DNA of 52,567 nucleotides from Candidatus Uhrbacteria bacterium (lineage in GTDB: Bacteria > Patescibacteriota > Patescibacteriia > JACQRZ01), in the NCBI GenBank assembly GCA_016206155.1, contig JACQSC010000006.1, positions 1-52,567 of the forward strand, given 5' to 3'. Positions 7,371 to 17,014 of this stretch are shown here, piece by piece. Made by a program: the position numbers and the translations under genes. The notes below the pieces were generated by a model. The model was not told where the DNA came from. It worked only from the letters and a program-made list of their open reading frames with translations, and did not search any database. Every line of letters starts with the position of its first letter. Positions within the stretch are counted from its first letter, which is position 1.

Positions 7371-8278
7371 CGCACCGCATCATCTTTATGGGAACTCCCG
7401 ATTATGCAGCTCAATATCTTGAGGGATTGATTTTTTCTGGCTACAAACCGATTGCCGTTATCACCCAGCCGGATAGGCCAGCGGGGCGCGCGCAAACCGT
7501 TGAGGCAACGCCCGTAAAACGCACTGCAGAGAGAAATAATATTCCCGTCCATCAGCCAGAGGATATTCGCGATCCTCAATGGACAAAAAAGATTCAAGAA
7601 CTCAAACCCGACCTTATTGTTGTCGTAGCCTTTGGTCAAATCATTCCCCAATCAATCCTGACTATCCCGTCAAAAGGGTGTATCAATGTTCATCCCTCGC
7701 TCCTTCCCCGCCATCGCGGCGCAACGCCGTGGCAGGAAACAATTTTGCAGGGCGATGCAACAACCGGTGTCACCATTATGCTTATGGATGAGAAAATGGA
7801 TCACGGCCCGATTCTGTCACAAGAAGGGGTCGACGTCGCTCCTGACGAGACGACGAAATCGCTTGAGGACAAAACAGCCGCTATTGGCATTCCCCTTCTC
7901 ATCGGCACGCTTACGCGGTGGTTTGCGGGAACTGTCACCCCTGCAGAGCAACATCACGACCAGGCGACATATACACGACTGCTAAAAAAGGAATCGGGAC
8001 GAATTGATTGGTCAAAATGTCCCGTTGAGATCGATCGTATGATCCGTGCGCTCAACCCTTGGCCGGGCGCCTGGACCGAGTGGCATGGCAAGCGCATAAA
8101 AATTCTAAAAGCCCATCTCGATGAGCAGAACGATTTGATCGTCGATGAACTACAGCCGGAGGGGAAAAAATCAATGGATGCCAAAACCTTCAGGAATGGA
8201 TACTGTCAAGGCGCTCAGAAAGAACAGCCACTATCATCACTATTCCAATCCCAAGCGGATGGTTCAAGTAAGGAGTAA
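7367..8278 (+). CDS. fmt: Methionyl-tRNA formyltransferase
   Basis: IIFMGTPDYA, INVHPSLLPRHRGATP, MDHGPI, IRALNPWPGA. ATGA overlap with the integrase stop. Confidence 0.95.
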   Translation: MTHRIIFMGTPDYAAQYLEGLIFSGYKPIAVITQPDRPAGRAQTVEATPVKRTAERNNIPVHQPEDIRDPQWTKKIQELKPDLIVVVAFGQIIPQSILTIPSKGCINVHPSLLPRHRGATPWQETILQGDATTGVTIMLMDEKMDHGPILSQEGVDVAPDETTKSLEDKTAAIGIPLLIGTLTRWFAGTVTPAEQHHDQATYTRLLKKESGRIDWSKCPVEIDRMIRALNPWPGAWTEWHGKRIKILKAHLDEQNDLIVDELQPEGKKSMDAKTFRNGYCQGAQKEQPLSSLFQSQADGSSKE

Positions 8279-10607
8279 AGAAATGAATGACACTTAATGC
8301 GCCCATGCCATAGAGCAAACCTCTCATCAGTGTCGCTTCATGCGCTCTCCCTTTTTGAAAAAGGGTGCGCATCGTATCGGCTCCACGTATGCAGATTGCG
8401 GCGAGAAGAAACAGATACGCAAGGAGTCCCAAGAGTCCGAGTTTTAACCAAAGGTCGAAATACCCCCATTCAAAGGCGTAGGTGGTGTACGTTCCGCTCT
8501 CGTTTTGCAGGAGTACGCGCGGATCGCGTGACGTATAGGTGAGTGTTTTGCCAAAGCCATGTCCTAACAAGGGGGCTTTCTTGATTTCATCAAGCATGAT
8601 CGGCAAGAGGTTCCAGCGGCTTGCGGCTGCGGCTTCGCTCTCTATATCCTCAACGCGCTCGGTGAGCAGATCAACGGAAAATACGCCATCCCGAGACGGA
8701 AATGGAATTACCGATATCGCGAAGAGCGTCAGCAGTGCGCAAAAGATCCCACCAGCTCCAATGCCAAAAAATCTCACGACTGCCTTGGGCTCATTTTTTA
8801 TGAGTCCGAATATCCCGGCGGAAAAAAGCACAACCATCACAAAGACACCGAGCCAAAAACTGCGCGAAAAGCTCAATATGAGGGAAGCGATAGAGCCAAC
8901 AAGAAGAACACCAAGCCACATATACCGCTTTGCGATATCTCGTATAGAGAAACGCGCAAACCATGCGATATATGAGATGAGAATAAAAAAAAGAAGAACA
9001 ACATACATTTGGCTCTGAAAAAAGATACGATAGAGCGAGTCCATTTGCGTTAATTCACCAACACCGGTGCTCCGAATCCAGCGGTAGACAACCGTTAGGA
9101 TATCATCGCCAAATCCACGATGCCCCATCATATAAAAGATGACTAACACCTTAATGAGGCTCGCGCTCAGAGCGGCGGCGCCAATGGTCAAAAATCGTAT
9201 TATCTGCTCTCTGTGCCGGAGTGCGTCATACAGCACGGGCAGAATGAGAAAAAAGAACCACGCATTTGCATCCGCGAAGATGTACCCTGCGCCATTTCCA
9301 TTGCGAATCGCCTGGACAATGCCAATAAAAACCGCCACGCAAAGAAGAGCATACCAGCCGCGCAGCGACGCATGGCGCAGTGTCACGAGTGACTCACGAC
9401 TGTCCTTGCGGGGAAGATTGTCAATCACATATAAAAGCCACCCCGCAAAAACTGCGCCAAAAAGCACCATGCGCGCAGAGAGCCTCATGTCCCCCGCCAT
9501 CATGGAAAAGAGGTATCCTTTCGACCCTATGATCAATTCTGCAAAAAGGATGGCAACACCGTATTCCGGACGACGGTACGTGATGAGGAGTGTCGCGGCC
9601 GCAATAAATCCCAGCGTTAACGAATCAATGGGTCCGTAAAAATAACCGCCGAGCGAAAAAAGCTCGACTGCGATGATCGCGCACAGTGATCCAATAAACA
9701 GCCGTTTCTGATGAGAAAGTACAGGGACCGGATAGAGCGCGCGCGCCTGCTTCCCTTGTCGGATCAGCGATACCGCAGCATCCATAATGGCGCATACCCC
9801 AACCACGCTGTTCATGACACCCGCAGCAAGCAATCCTGTTGCACCACAATGCTTTTTGAGATACCGCGCGCAGCTTGTAAAAAAAAGGCGCTGCTTTTCA
9901 AGGATCCCCTTTTGCGCAAAACTTTTTCCGCTGTGATGCACGACATGAGTACGGGAAAGATAGACGGTCTTGTATCCTGCGTCATACACTCTTTTACATA
10001 AATCGACCTCGTCAAACCATAAAAAGAAACGTTCATCAAACGTACCCACCGTCTCAAGCGCTGACCGGCGAATCAACAATGCCGCACCATCGGGCTGCTC
10101 AACCTGCTGCTCGTCACGAGTATAATCAAAGTCATCAGCATAATAATTGGCGAGGGGTCTTGGAGCGACCTTCCGTATTTTAAACAGCACGCCTAGCTGT
10201 GATAGTGGCGTTGGAAATCGCTGAATTGATTGTTGGATGCTTCCGTCTGCGTTCTGAATCTGTGGAGCGACGATGCCGACATCCGTGCGCATGTCAAGAT
10301 AGGCAGTCAGTACGCTAACGGTACTTTTCGTGATTTCTGAGTCAGGGTTAAGAAGAAACACATACTCACCCGTGCTATGCTCTATTCCCTGATTACAGGC
10401 TGCGGCAAATCCTCGATTCTCTTTGTTTGCAATGAGTTTGACCTGACCAAACTTTTCCGCTACCATTGCACTGCTTCCATCAACAGAAGCGTTATCGATC
10501 ACAATCACTTCGTGCGGCATGTCTGCGCTATGATCAAAAATTGATCGAAGACAGCGTTCGAGCAATTCCCTAACATTCCATGATACGATAACAAATGATA
10601 CCTTCAT
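8190..10607 (-). CDS. GT2 glycosyltransferase fused to an O-antigen ligase/polymerase (Wzy_C-like) membrane domain
   Basis: N-terminal VIVSWN, DNASVDGS, LLNPDS, FDERFFLW. C-terminal multi-TM region with SFSRSFW and PLLGHGFG. Confidence 0.85.
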   Translation of the reverse strand: MKVSFVIVSWNVRELLERCLRSIFDHSADMPHEVIVIDNASVDGSSAMVAEKFGQVKLIANKENRGFAAACNQGIEHSTGEYVFLLNPDSEITKSTVSVLTAYLDMRTDVGIVAPQIQNADGSIQQSIQRFPTPLSQLGVLFKIRKVAPRPLANYYADDFDYTRDEQQVEQPDGAALLIRRSALETVGTFDERFFLWFDEVDLCKRVYDAGYKTVYLSRTHVVHHSGKSFAQKGILEKQRLFFTSCARYLKKHCGATGLLAAGVMNSVVGVCAIMDAAVSLIRQGKQARALYPVPVLSHQKRLFIGSLCAIIAVELFSLGGYFYGPIDSLTLGFIAAATLLITYRRPEYGVAILFAELIIGSKGYLFSMMAGDMRLSARMVLFGAVFAGWLLYVIDNLPRKDSRESLVTLRHASLRGWYALLCVAVFIGIVQAIRNGNGAGYIFADANAWFFFLILPVLYDALRHREQIIRFLTIGAAALSASLIKVLVIFYMMGHRGFGDDILTVVYRWIRSTGVGELTQMDSLYRIFFQSQMYVVLLFFILISYIAWFARFSIRDIAKRYMWLGVLLVGSIASLILSFSRSFWLGVFVMVVLFSAGIFGLIKNEPKAVVRFFGIGAGGIFCALLTLFAISVIPFPSRDGVFSVDLLTERVEDIESEAAAASRWNLLPIMLDEIKKAPLLGHGFGKTLTYTSRDPRVLLQNESGTYTTYAFEWGYFDLWLKLGLLGLLAYLFLLAAICIRGADTMRTLFQKGRAHEATLMRGLLYGMGALSVIHFFTPYLNHPLGIGIVMIVAVLSERLDSIHS

Positions 10608-11264
10608 ATGGACTCAAGTATACAAAATTCCATCCTCCTAATCAACAAGCCGCCTGGGCCGACATCGCACGATATCGTGAATATGGTGCGAAAGAAAACC
10701 GGCGTCAAGCGCGTGGGACATGCCGGCACGCTTGACCCCTTTGCCGAGGGACTTCTTATTATCCTCGTCGGGCGAGACGCGACAAAACGGCAGGCCGAGT
10801 TTCTTGGCATGGACAAAACATACGAGGCGGCCATTCATCTTGGGGCAACAAGCACGACCGATGACAAAACAGGCGTGATACGCACGGTTTCAATGTATAA
10901 GCCGGTTTATACATTGAAACTTGAGGCGGCGCTCGCCTCTTTTGTCGGCACGTACGACCAGATGCCATCGTCGTTCAGCGCTAAAAAAATAAACGGCAAA
11001 AAAGCATACGAACTTGCGCGCAAAGGTATTCAGCCCGATCTCAAGCCAAAAAAAATAACGATCCATTCGATCGATATTCTTTCGTATCAGTGGCCGCTGT
11101 TGACGATTCGCTGTTCCGTCTCAAGCGGCACATATATCAGAGCGCTCGCTCGCGATATCGGTGAGAAGCTCGGCGTTGGCGCATATGTTGAGAAACTCAA
11201 AAGAACAGCGATCGGACCATACTCCATTGAACAGGCAACCGGTATTGATGAAACGAAGAATTAA
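10608..11264 (+). CDS. truB: tRNA pseudouridine(55) synthase, short form without PUA domain
   Basis: INKPPGPTSHD, VGHAGTLDPFAEG, SSGTYIRALARDIG. Confidence 0.95.
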   Translation: MDSSIQNSILLINKPPGPTSHDIVNMVRKKTGVKRVGHAGTLDPFAEGLLIILVGRDATKRQAEFLGMDKTYEAAIHLGATSTTDDKTGVIRTVSMYKPVYTLKLEAALASFVGTYDQMPSSFSAKKINGKKAYELARKGIQPDLKPKKITIHSIDILSYQWPLLTIRCSVSSGTYIRALARDIGEKLGVGAYVEKLKRTAIGPYSIEQATGIDETKN

Positions 11265-11330
11265 GAAGTACGAATTAAGAATAGGGGGGGAACTAAACTG
11301 TAATTCTTAATTCTTGATTCTTGATTCTTC
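11256..11330. repeat. Inverted pair of degenerate heptamer tracts (AAGAATT/AAGAATC) between convergent genes
   Basis: GAATTAAGAAGTACGAATTAAGAAT...TAATTCTTAATTCTTGATTCTTGATTCTT. Confidence 0.7.
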
Positions 11331-12041
11331 TTTAATGCCATGTTTCTCCTGGACAATTTTTTTCCACTTCTCATATCGCTCAATCTGACCGATATGAATG
11401 CCCAGCAGATGCCATGGAATACGGTACATAATTTTTGGAAGCCACTTACTTCTGCCAACACGCACCTCCCTGTCCAAATTCTCACCAAGAGCAAACAACA
11501 CTTCCGGGATATACCATCCCTTTTTGCCGGCAAGGGTCATAGTAAGCCACACATCCCAATCCTGGAATTTCTCAATTGACGGATCAAATTCCGGGTGATC
11601 TCTTTTTCGCACAAGCGATGCGGTATTGATATAGTTCATATTTTTTAGCCGCTCAAGATCAAATGGATAGCTCCTAAATAGCTTACCCTGCCATTCGAAC
11701 GATGAATAGACAAAAGAACATTCCGGGTGCTCTTCAAGGGTGCGAAGCATTTTTCCCAAGCAATTCTTTTTCAAAACAATATCTGCGTCACAGACAAAAA
11801 CATATTCCCCATGGCAAGCCGCTACACCCTCATTTCTGCTTATCTGATTATCGAGATTTTTTTCATGCTTGATATAGGTGACTCGATCAAGGTACGGCTT
11901 GATCACCTCGTCCGTGTTATCTGTTGATCCATCGTTAATATAAATAACTTCAATATCCTTATAGGTTTGAGAAAAAATGCCGTCCAGTGTTCGTGGCAAA
12001 ACTTTTCCTTCGTTTAAAGCGGGGATAATTATAGAGATCAT
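11307..12041 (-). CDS. Glycosyltransferase family 2
   Basis: ISIIIPALNE, INDGSTD, CDAD, FQDWD. Confidence 0.9.
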   Translation of the reverse strand: MISIIIPALNEGKVLPRTLDGIFSQTYKDIEVIYINDGSTDNTDEVIKPYLDRVTYIKHEKNLDNQISRNEGVAACHGEYVFVCDADIVLKKNCLGKMLRTLEEHPECSFVYSSFEWQGKLFRSYPFDLERLKNMNYINTASLVRKRDHPEFDPSIEKFQDWDVWLTMTLAGKKGWYIPEVLFALGENLDREVRVGRSKWLPKIMYRIPWHLLGIHIGQIERYEKWKKIVQEKHGIKEESRIKN

Positions 12042-12047
12042 GAAAGC

Positions 12048-12078
12048 AGGGGTTAGGGGTTAGGTTCTAGGGGTTAGG
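12048..12078. repeat. Heptamer tract (TTAGGGG-like)
   Basis: AGGGGTTAGGGGTTAGGTTCTAGGGGTTAGG. Confidence 0.8.
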
Positions 12079-12083
12079 CGGAA

Positions 12084-13208
12084 TTATAAGGAAAGAAGGT
12101 ATTGCAACTTTTCGGCTTGCTTTTTCCACGAGAACTCTTCGGCGACGCGCTTCCTACCCGCATCACCAAAACGCTGCGCCAATCCGGGATCGTGGAGAAT
12201 ACGCAGGATCGCGTGTTGAATAGCCACCACATCTTTTGGTTCAACGAGAAGGCCCGTCACACCATCGTGGATCGCTTCAGGAACGCCGCCAGTGCGCGAA
12301 CCAATCACTGGTTTGCCAAAGCTCTGCGCCTCGAGATACACGATTCCAAAACCCTCGACATCCCCGTCGATATCCACGGGTGTCATAATAAAAGCAAAAG
12401 ATGCCGCATACCATTGCGCGATCGCCCCATCACTCAAGGGCCCCGCGAAATGCACTGATTGTGTTAGGTGTAATTCTTCAACGAGTCCTTCAAGGGTCAC
12501 CCGATATGGACCATCACCAATAATGCAATAGAGAACGTCTGGCCTCTCGGCCAGTATGCCGGGTAATGCCCGCAGTATATACTCGTGGCCCTTCCGCGGC
12601 ACAAGGCGACCTACTGTTATGATGATGCGCTTTTGACGAAATTCATCAGGAACTGCCGCGCTGTTTCCCCCCGCCTCTAACAATGCCGGCACAATGACAG
12701 GAGAGGGATAGATCGATTCAATATGAGACGCGGGAACCCCATATGACTCTGCCACACGCCCTGTTGCGGCACAGTTAACAATAACCCGTTCGGCGCGCTT
12801 GAATATTTTTTTGCAGAGCGTGTACTTCCGCTTATTTTTCTTTGGCAGATGAAGATCCATACCATGCGCAGAAACAATGAAGGGTATGTGCAATAATCGA
12901 GCTACACCCATCGTGGCCGTTCCTACCGGAAGCACTTGCGCGGCAACAATACGTTCGATGCGATATCGACGACACGCCACAGCGATATATAAAAACATGG
13001 GGAGCCAATGCGGATACAGCCAAGAGACAAGCATGCGCCGCCTGATAATTGGATAGCGCGCGCTTCGCTCAGGCATGCCTTTCGGCAAGGAGGGCGCAAG
13101 GACAACAAAAAAGTCAGGCGGCAGCAAATCACCGAGGCGCTCCCAGTATCGGGAGACTCCGCCGAGTGCGGGATAATAATCAAGCGTAACCAATAGTGTT
13201 CTTTTCAT
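12084..13208 (-). CDS. Glycosyltransferase family 4 (PimB-like)
   Basis: YYPALGG, VGRLVPRKG, EGFGIVYLEA. Start set at MKRTLL. Confidence 0.9.
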   Translation of the reverse strand: MKRTLLVTLDYYPALGGVSRYWERLGDLLPPDFFVVLAPSLPKGMPERSARYPIIRRRMLVSWLYPHWLPMFLYIAVACRRYRIERIVAAQVLPVGTATMGVARLLHIPFIVSAHGMDLHLPKKNKRKYTLCKKIFKRAERVIVNCAATGRVAESYGVPASHIESIYPSPVIVPALLEAGGNSAAVPDEFRQKRIIITVGRLVPRKGHEYILRALPGILAERPDVLYCIIGDGPYRVTLEGLVEELHLTQSVHFAGPLSDGAIAQWYAASFAFIMTPVDIDGDVEGFGIVYLEAQSFGKPVIGSRTGGVPEAIHDGVTGLLVEPKDVVAIQHAILRILHDPGLAQRFGDAGRKRVAEEFSWKKQAEKLQYLLSL

Positions 13209-13209
13209 A

Positions 13210-14658
13210 TCATGACGATCGTTTAAAGAAAGCAGCACGGATCTCCCTCAATTCATGGCCAGTAAGTGTCCGGGTGATAAGAATGCACCCTGCATAGACA
13301 CACGCTCCAACGAAAATCAAAACGCCGAGTGGAGCGCCGCGAAATTCAAGAAGCCCGAGAATAATGGCCATAACGGATGCAGAAAACAAAATCTTTGCCA
13401 CGCGTCCCATAAGAGGTCTGAGCGAAACCGAAAACACCTTTCGCGAAAACCACGCCGAAAGGCATACAAGCGCAATCATCGCAACAACTGATGCAAGCGC
13501 AGAGCCCACCGCTCCGTAGCGATGGATAAAAATAATATTGAACACGATATTAACGAGTGCAACAATTCCCATGACGAAGGTGCCTGTTTTTTGTCGGTTG
13601 GTTGCGGCAAGCAGCGAACCAAAGGGATATGAGAGGTATCCAAAGAGCAAGCTCGCGCCAAGCAATTGAAGTACGGGAATCGTAGGAAGATAATCTGCTC
13701 CATAGAACAGCATAACGATGGATGATGCCGTCATCGTGATGCCAAAACCAATAGGAGCTGATATCAGCAAAAGAAAAAATAGCGCTTTGGAAACAAGATG
13801 CTCAAGCTTATGTGGTGCAGAGGTGCAATAGGAGCTCAGGGCGGGATACAGGCTTGCGGAAAGAGCGGCAGGAATAATGTTAAGGGCCAAAATGAGCTTA
13901 TTACCTGCCGAATACCACCCCACTGCCTGTTCACCAGAAAATTTCGCGAGAAGGATAACGTCGGCAAAGGTATAGATGCGCGAAAAAATCGCCGCGCCGG
14001 CGAAGGGGAGCGAGATAACGGCAAGAAATCGTAGCGTTTTCCAGTTCGGCGCCATCAAAAGCGGAATGCGCGCGCGAAAAAAAACGGTAAAGAGCGCAAA
14101 GGCCAGGTTGACGCAACTGCCGAACAATACGGCATACACAAGTGCAATGACAGGATACCCCATCACGAGAGCAATTGATCCGACAACAACCATCGCCAGA
14201 ACGGCAGCGACTGATCCGATTGATTCATACAGAAGGTTGCGAAATCCTCGCAGCAAAAACCAACATGAATTTGTCATGACATCGATCACCGATGCAACTC
14301 CCGCAACGACAATCATACTGACGAGTTCTTGTGAGTACCCAAACACCACCGCGGAGCCAACAATCAGCCCATACACAACGACTCCAAGCGCAATGCGCGC
14401 CAAGAACATTTGCCCCAAAAAATCCTTTGCCCGCGCGACATCGCGCGCCGTTTCCCGTGTCAGCGCCGATGCAAGCCCCATGTCAATGAGTACGCCAAAC
14501 AACGTCGCAAACGCAAGAGCGGCGCTGTATCTTCCTTGCTCCTCCGGACCGAACACACGCGCGACAATGATAAAATACGCAAGAGTCAATAGCTTTTGCA
14601 TGACGCTTGATGAAAGCGAAAAAAACGAATTTTTTGTCACTGTTTGTGCCGAAATCAT
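13210..14658 (-). CDS. Wzx-type polysaccharide flippase
   Basis: Multi-TM MOP-family pattern: KNSFFS, GRYSAAL, DMGL, VGWYSA. Confidence 0.85.
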   Translation of the reverse strand: MISAQTVTKNSFFSLSSSVMQKLLTLAYFIIVARVFGPEEQGRYSAALAFATLFGVLIDMGLASALTRETARDVARAKDFLGQMFLARIALGVVVYGLIVGSAVVFGYSQELVSMIVVAGVASVIDVMTNSCWFLLRGFRNLLYESIGSVAAVLAMVVVGSIALVMGYPVIALVYAVLFGSCVNLAFALFTVFFRARIPLLMAPNWKTLRFLAVISLPFAGAAIFSRIYTFADVILLAKFSGEQAVGWYSAGNKLILALNIIPAALSASLYPALSSYCTSAPHKLEHLVSKALFFLLLISAPIGFGITMTASSIVMLFYGADYLPTIPVLQLLGASLLFGYLSYPFGSLLAATNRQKTGTFVMGIVALVNIVFNIIFIHRYGAVGSALASVVAMIALVCLSAWFSRKVFSVSLRPLMGRVAKILFSASVMAIILGLLEFRGAPLGVLIFVGACVYAGCILITRTLTGHELREIRAAFFKRSS

Positions 14659-14664
14659 TGCTTC

Positions 14665-14714
14665 ACTATACTCCTGAAAGCTTTTCTTGACAAACCTTGA
14701 CTCTTCTCTATACT
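14665..14714. promoter_or_regulatory. Divergent overlapping promoters: minus TTGTCA-N17-TATAGT (leaderless flippase) and plus TTGACA-N16-TATACT
   Basis: The minus-strand -10 at 14670-14665 is 6 nt from ATG 14658. The plus-strand -35 is at 14687-14692 and -10 at 14709-14714. Confidence 0.6.
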
Positions 14715-14720
14715 TATAGT

Positions 14721-14845
14721 GTGCTGAACATCGCCGATGACCTTCTAATTCTGGCGAAGTTCAGCCAACATCACGAGGGATTATGCTTACGCATAATCCC
14801 TCCCCCCAACAATTAAAACACCCCTTGAAATGGGGTGTTTATTTT
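14721..14845 (+). ncRNA. Candidate small structured RNA, family not recognised
   Basis: Upstream promoter, hairpin GCTGAAC/TCGCC...GGCGA/GTTCAGC (14723-14764), perfect 12-bp hairpin 14775-14802, then a terminator. No plausible ORF. Confidence 0.4.
14815..14845. terminator. Bidirectional intrinsic terminator downstream of rpsI
   Basis: AAACACCCC-ttgaaat-GGGGTGTTT with A/T-rich flanks on both sides. Confidence 0.75.
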
Positions 14846-15298
14846 CTAACGCTTTGAGAACTGAGGTGCGCGGCGTGCGCGCTTGAGCCCTGGTTTCTTG
14901 CGCTCCTTCACGCGCGGATCGCGTGTCAGAAGCCCTTCGCCGCGTAGTGTTTTCTTTAATTCCGGATCCATCGCGATAAGTGTGCGGGAAATACCATGTC
15001 TGACAGCCTCTGCCTGCCCACGAAAACCGCCGCCTTCGACTTTGACAGAAACATCGCGTTTCAAGCGCATGTCAACAAGTGTAAGCGGTGTCTGAATAAG
15101 TTGCTGCTCAATGCTCTGCGGGAAATATACATCGAAATTCTTACCATTAATCGTTATCACCCCCGTTCCCTCCATGAGCCGCACGCGCGCAACCGCTTGC
15201 TTGCGGCGTCCAACCGCGCGCCAAAATGAATGCTCGGTCGCTGTGCCTTTTTTCTTTTTTGTATGTTCTTCCATAATAATATTCTGTTTTCTAGTCAT
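14846..15298 (-). CDS. rpsI: 30S ribosomal protein S9
   Basis: GRRKQAVARV, GGGFRGQAEA, ERKKPGLKRARRAPQFSKR. Confidence 0.98.
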   Translation of the reverse strand: MTRKQNIIMEEHTKKKKGTATEHSFWRAVGRRKQAVARVRLMEGTGVITINGKNFDVYFPQSIEQQLIQTPLTLVDMRLKRDVSVKVEGGGFRGQAEAVRHGISRTLIAMDPELKKTLRGEGLLTRDPRVKERKKPGLKRARRAPQFSKR

Positions 15299-15659
15299 TG
15301 GAGATATGAAGCCGTTTTATCATTTCCTTTCGCAGCCTATTATCGGGAAGCATCTGGTACACGGCGTGATGAACCACCCACGCAGGATTTTCTCCAAATG
15401 ACGTGGAAAGTTTCTTTGTCCGCAAACCCCCCGGATATCCGGTGTGGTGATGATACACTTTTTGACCCATTTTCTGCCCTGTAAGCTTTACCTTCCCCGC
15501 GTTGCGTACAATAACGATATCGCCCCCATCAATATGAGGCTGAAAGGTTGCCTTGTGCTTTCCGCGCAGGATGGTTGCGATTCGCGTTGCGAGCCGCCCA
15601 AGAACCTTTCCCTCCGCATCGATCTCATGTGTTGCACGTATTTGTTTAATCCTTTGCAT
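15291..15659 (-). CDS. rplM: 50S ribosomal protein L13
   Basis: IDAEGKVLGRLA, LRGKHK, HHTGYPGG, MLPDNRL. Confidence 0.98.
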   Translation of the reverse strand: MQRIKQIRATHEIDAEGKVLGRLATRIATILRGKHKATFQPHIDGGDIVIVRNAGKVKLTGQKMGQKVYHHHTGYPGGLRTKKLSTSFGENPAWVVHHAVYQMLPDNRLRKEMIKRLHISND

Positions 15660-15694
15660 AGTTGTGCCTTATGACATTCAGCTTTGAGTACAGT

Positions 15695-16048
15695 TCAATT
15701 TATAAATTCAATCACCGCCATCTGCGCTCCATCCCCTTGCCGTGGCGCTTTTTTTATAATACGGGTATACCCCCCCGGACGCGTAGTGTAACGCGGAGAA
15801 AGCTCTTCAAGCACTTTATTTACAGCATTCTCCGTTGGCAGAACCTTCAAGAGCGCGCGGCGCGTAGCAAGCGTATGGTCTCTTCCCTTCGTAATGAGCC
15901 GCTCAGCAAGAGGACGGAGAGCTTTTGCCTTTGCCTCCGTTGTTGTGATCCGCTCATGCATAATGAGCTGAAAGACAAGATTCTTCATCAGCGCCTTTCT
16001 TGCGCTTGCGTTGCGATCCAGTGTTACTTTTTTGTTTCGATGTCTCAT
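15695..16048 (-). CDS. rplQ: 50S ribosomal protein L17
   Basis: MRHR, ITTTEAKAK, RPGGYTRI, RQGDGA. Confidence 0.98.
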   Translation of the reverse strand: MRHRNKKVTLDRNASARKALMKNLVFQLIMHERITTTEAKAKALRPLAERLITKGRDHTLATRRALLKVLPTENAVNKVLEELSPRYTTRPGGYTRIIKKAPRQGDGAQMAVIEFIN

Positions 16049-16052
16049 AGAT

Positions 16053-16075
16053 TAGTTCGTAGTTCGTAGTTCGTG
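16053..16075. repeat. Heptamer tract (TAGTTCG)3
   Basis: Directly upstream of the rplQ start. Confidence 0.8.
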
Positions 16076-16091
16076 GTTTCTGCGAACTCTG

Positions 16092-16937
16092 CTACGTTCC
16101 TTTTTTCGGTCTTCCCTTCTTCTTTGGTTTTTCTGTTTCTGACTCATTTTCTTGTGATGTGTCATCCTCGCCTGTGAGTACAGCCGCCAACTCATCATCA
16201 GACGCCATATCATTATCGGCGCGGGCCTTCCCCTCCTGAAGCGACTGTGCGCCACCACGCATCATAAAGGTAAAATGATCTCGCAAGATGCTGCTTGCCT
16301 CTTCGACCGCTTCCTTTGCGCTTATACTCCCATCGGTTTCAATAGTCAGAACGATTTTGTGAAAGTTTGTCATGTGTCCGACGCGCACATTTTCAACACG
16401 AACTCCCACATTGCGCATTGGGGTAAAAAGCGCGTCAATGGCAATCGTGCCAAGCTCAAGCTTTTCCTTCTCGCGCGCTTCAGTTGGGAAATACGATCGT
16501 CCGCGCTTAACGAAAATCTCCATATCCACTTGCGCGTTCTTGTTGGTCATGGTGCAGAGAACCGTGTCGGGATTCGCAACCTCAACATCGGGATGTGCCT
16601 CAATGTCCGCGCCCGTAACAACACGCTCTCCCTTCGCACGCAAAAACAGCTTTACGGTCTCATCAGTATGAATGCGAAAGCGAAGGCGTTTCAGGTTGAG
16701 AATAATATCAACAACATCCTCCGTAACGTAGGGAATGGTAGAAAATTCATGGGTAACACCCTTGATCTTAACGGCAATTGCCGCGCCGCCGGACAATGAC
16801 GACATCAATACACGCCGAAGCGCGGTACCAATAGTCGTTCCATAGCCGGGAAACAACGGCTCAATCGTAACGATTGTTTCGTTGGGCCCCGCCCCGGACG
16901 CATATTCGATCTTTGTCGGAAGATGGATTTGTTCCAT
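16092..16937 (-). CDS. rpoA: RNA polymerase alpha subunit without a recognisable alpha-CTD
   Basis: EPLFPGYGTTIGTALRRVL, HEFSTI, IAIDALFTP, RVG. The C-terminus is an acidic/Lys-rich tail. Confidence 0.97.
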   Translation of the reverse strand: MEQIHLPTKIEYASGAGPNETIVTIEPLFPGYGTTIGTALRRVLMSSLSGGAAIAVKIKGVTHEFSTIPYVTEDVVDIILNLKRLRFRIHTDETVKLFLRAKGERVVTGADIEAHPDVEVANPDTVLCTMTNKNAQVDMEIFVKRGRSYFPTEAREKEKLELGTIAIDALFTPMRNVGVRVENVRVGHMTNFHKIVLTIETDGSISAKEAVEEASSILRDHFTFMMRGGAQSLQEGKARADNDMASDDELAAVLTGEDDTSQENESETEKPKKKGRPKKGT

Positions 16938-16942
16938 AGATA

Positions 16943-17008
16943 TTAGGGGTTAGGGGTTAGGGGTTAGGGGTTAGTAATACTATTCCCTATTACCTAATCC
17001 CTATAATC
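16943..17008. repeat. (TTAGGGG)4 tract followed by a degenerate complementary tract
   Basis: Perfect x4 at 16943-16970; TATTCCCTATTACCTAATCCCTA at 16981-17003. Confidence 0.85.
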
Positions 17009-17014
17009 TTAGCG

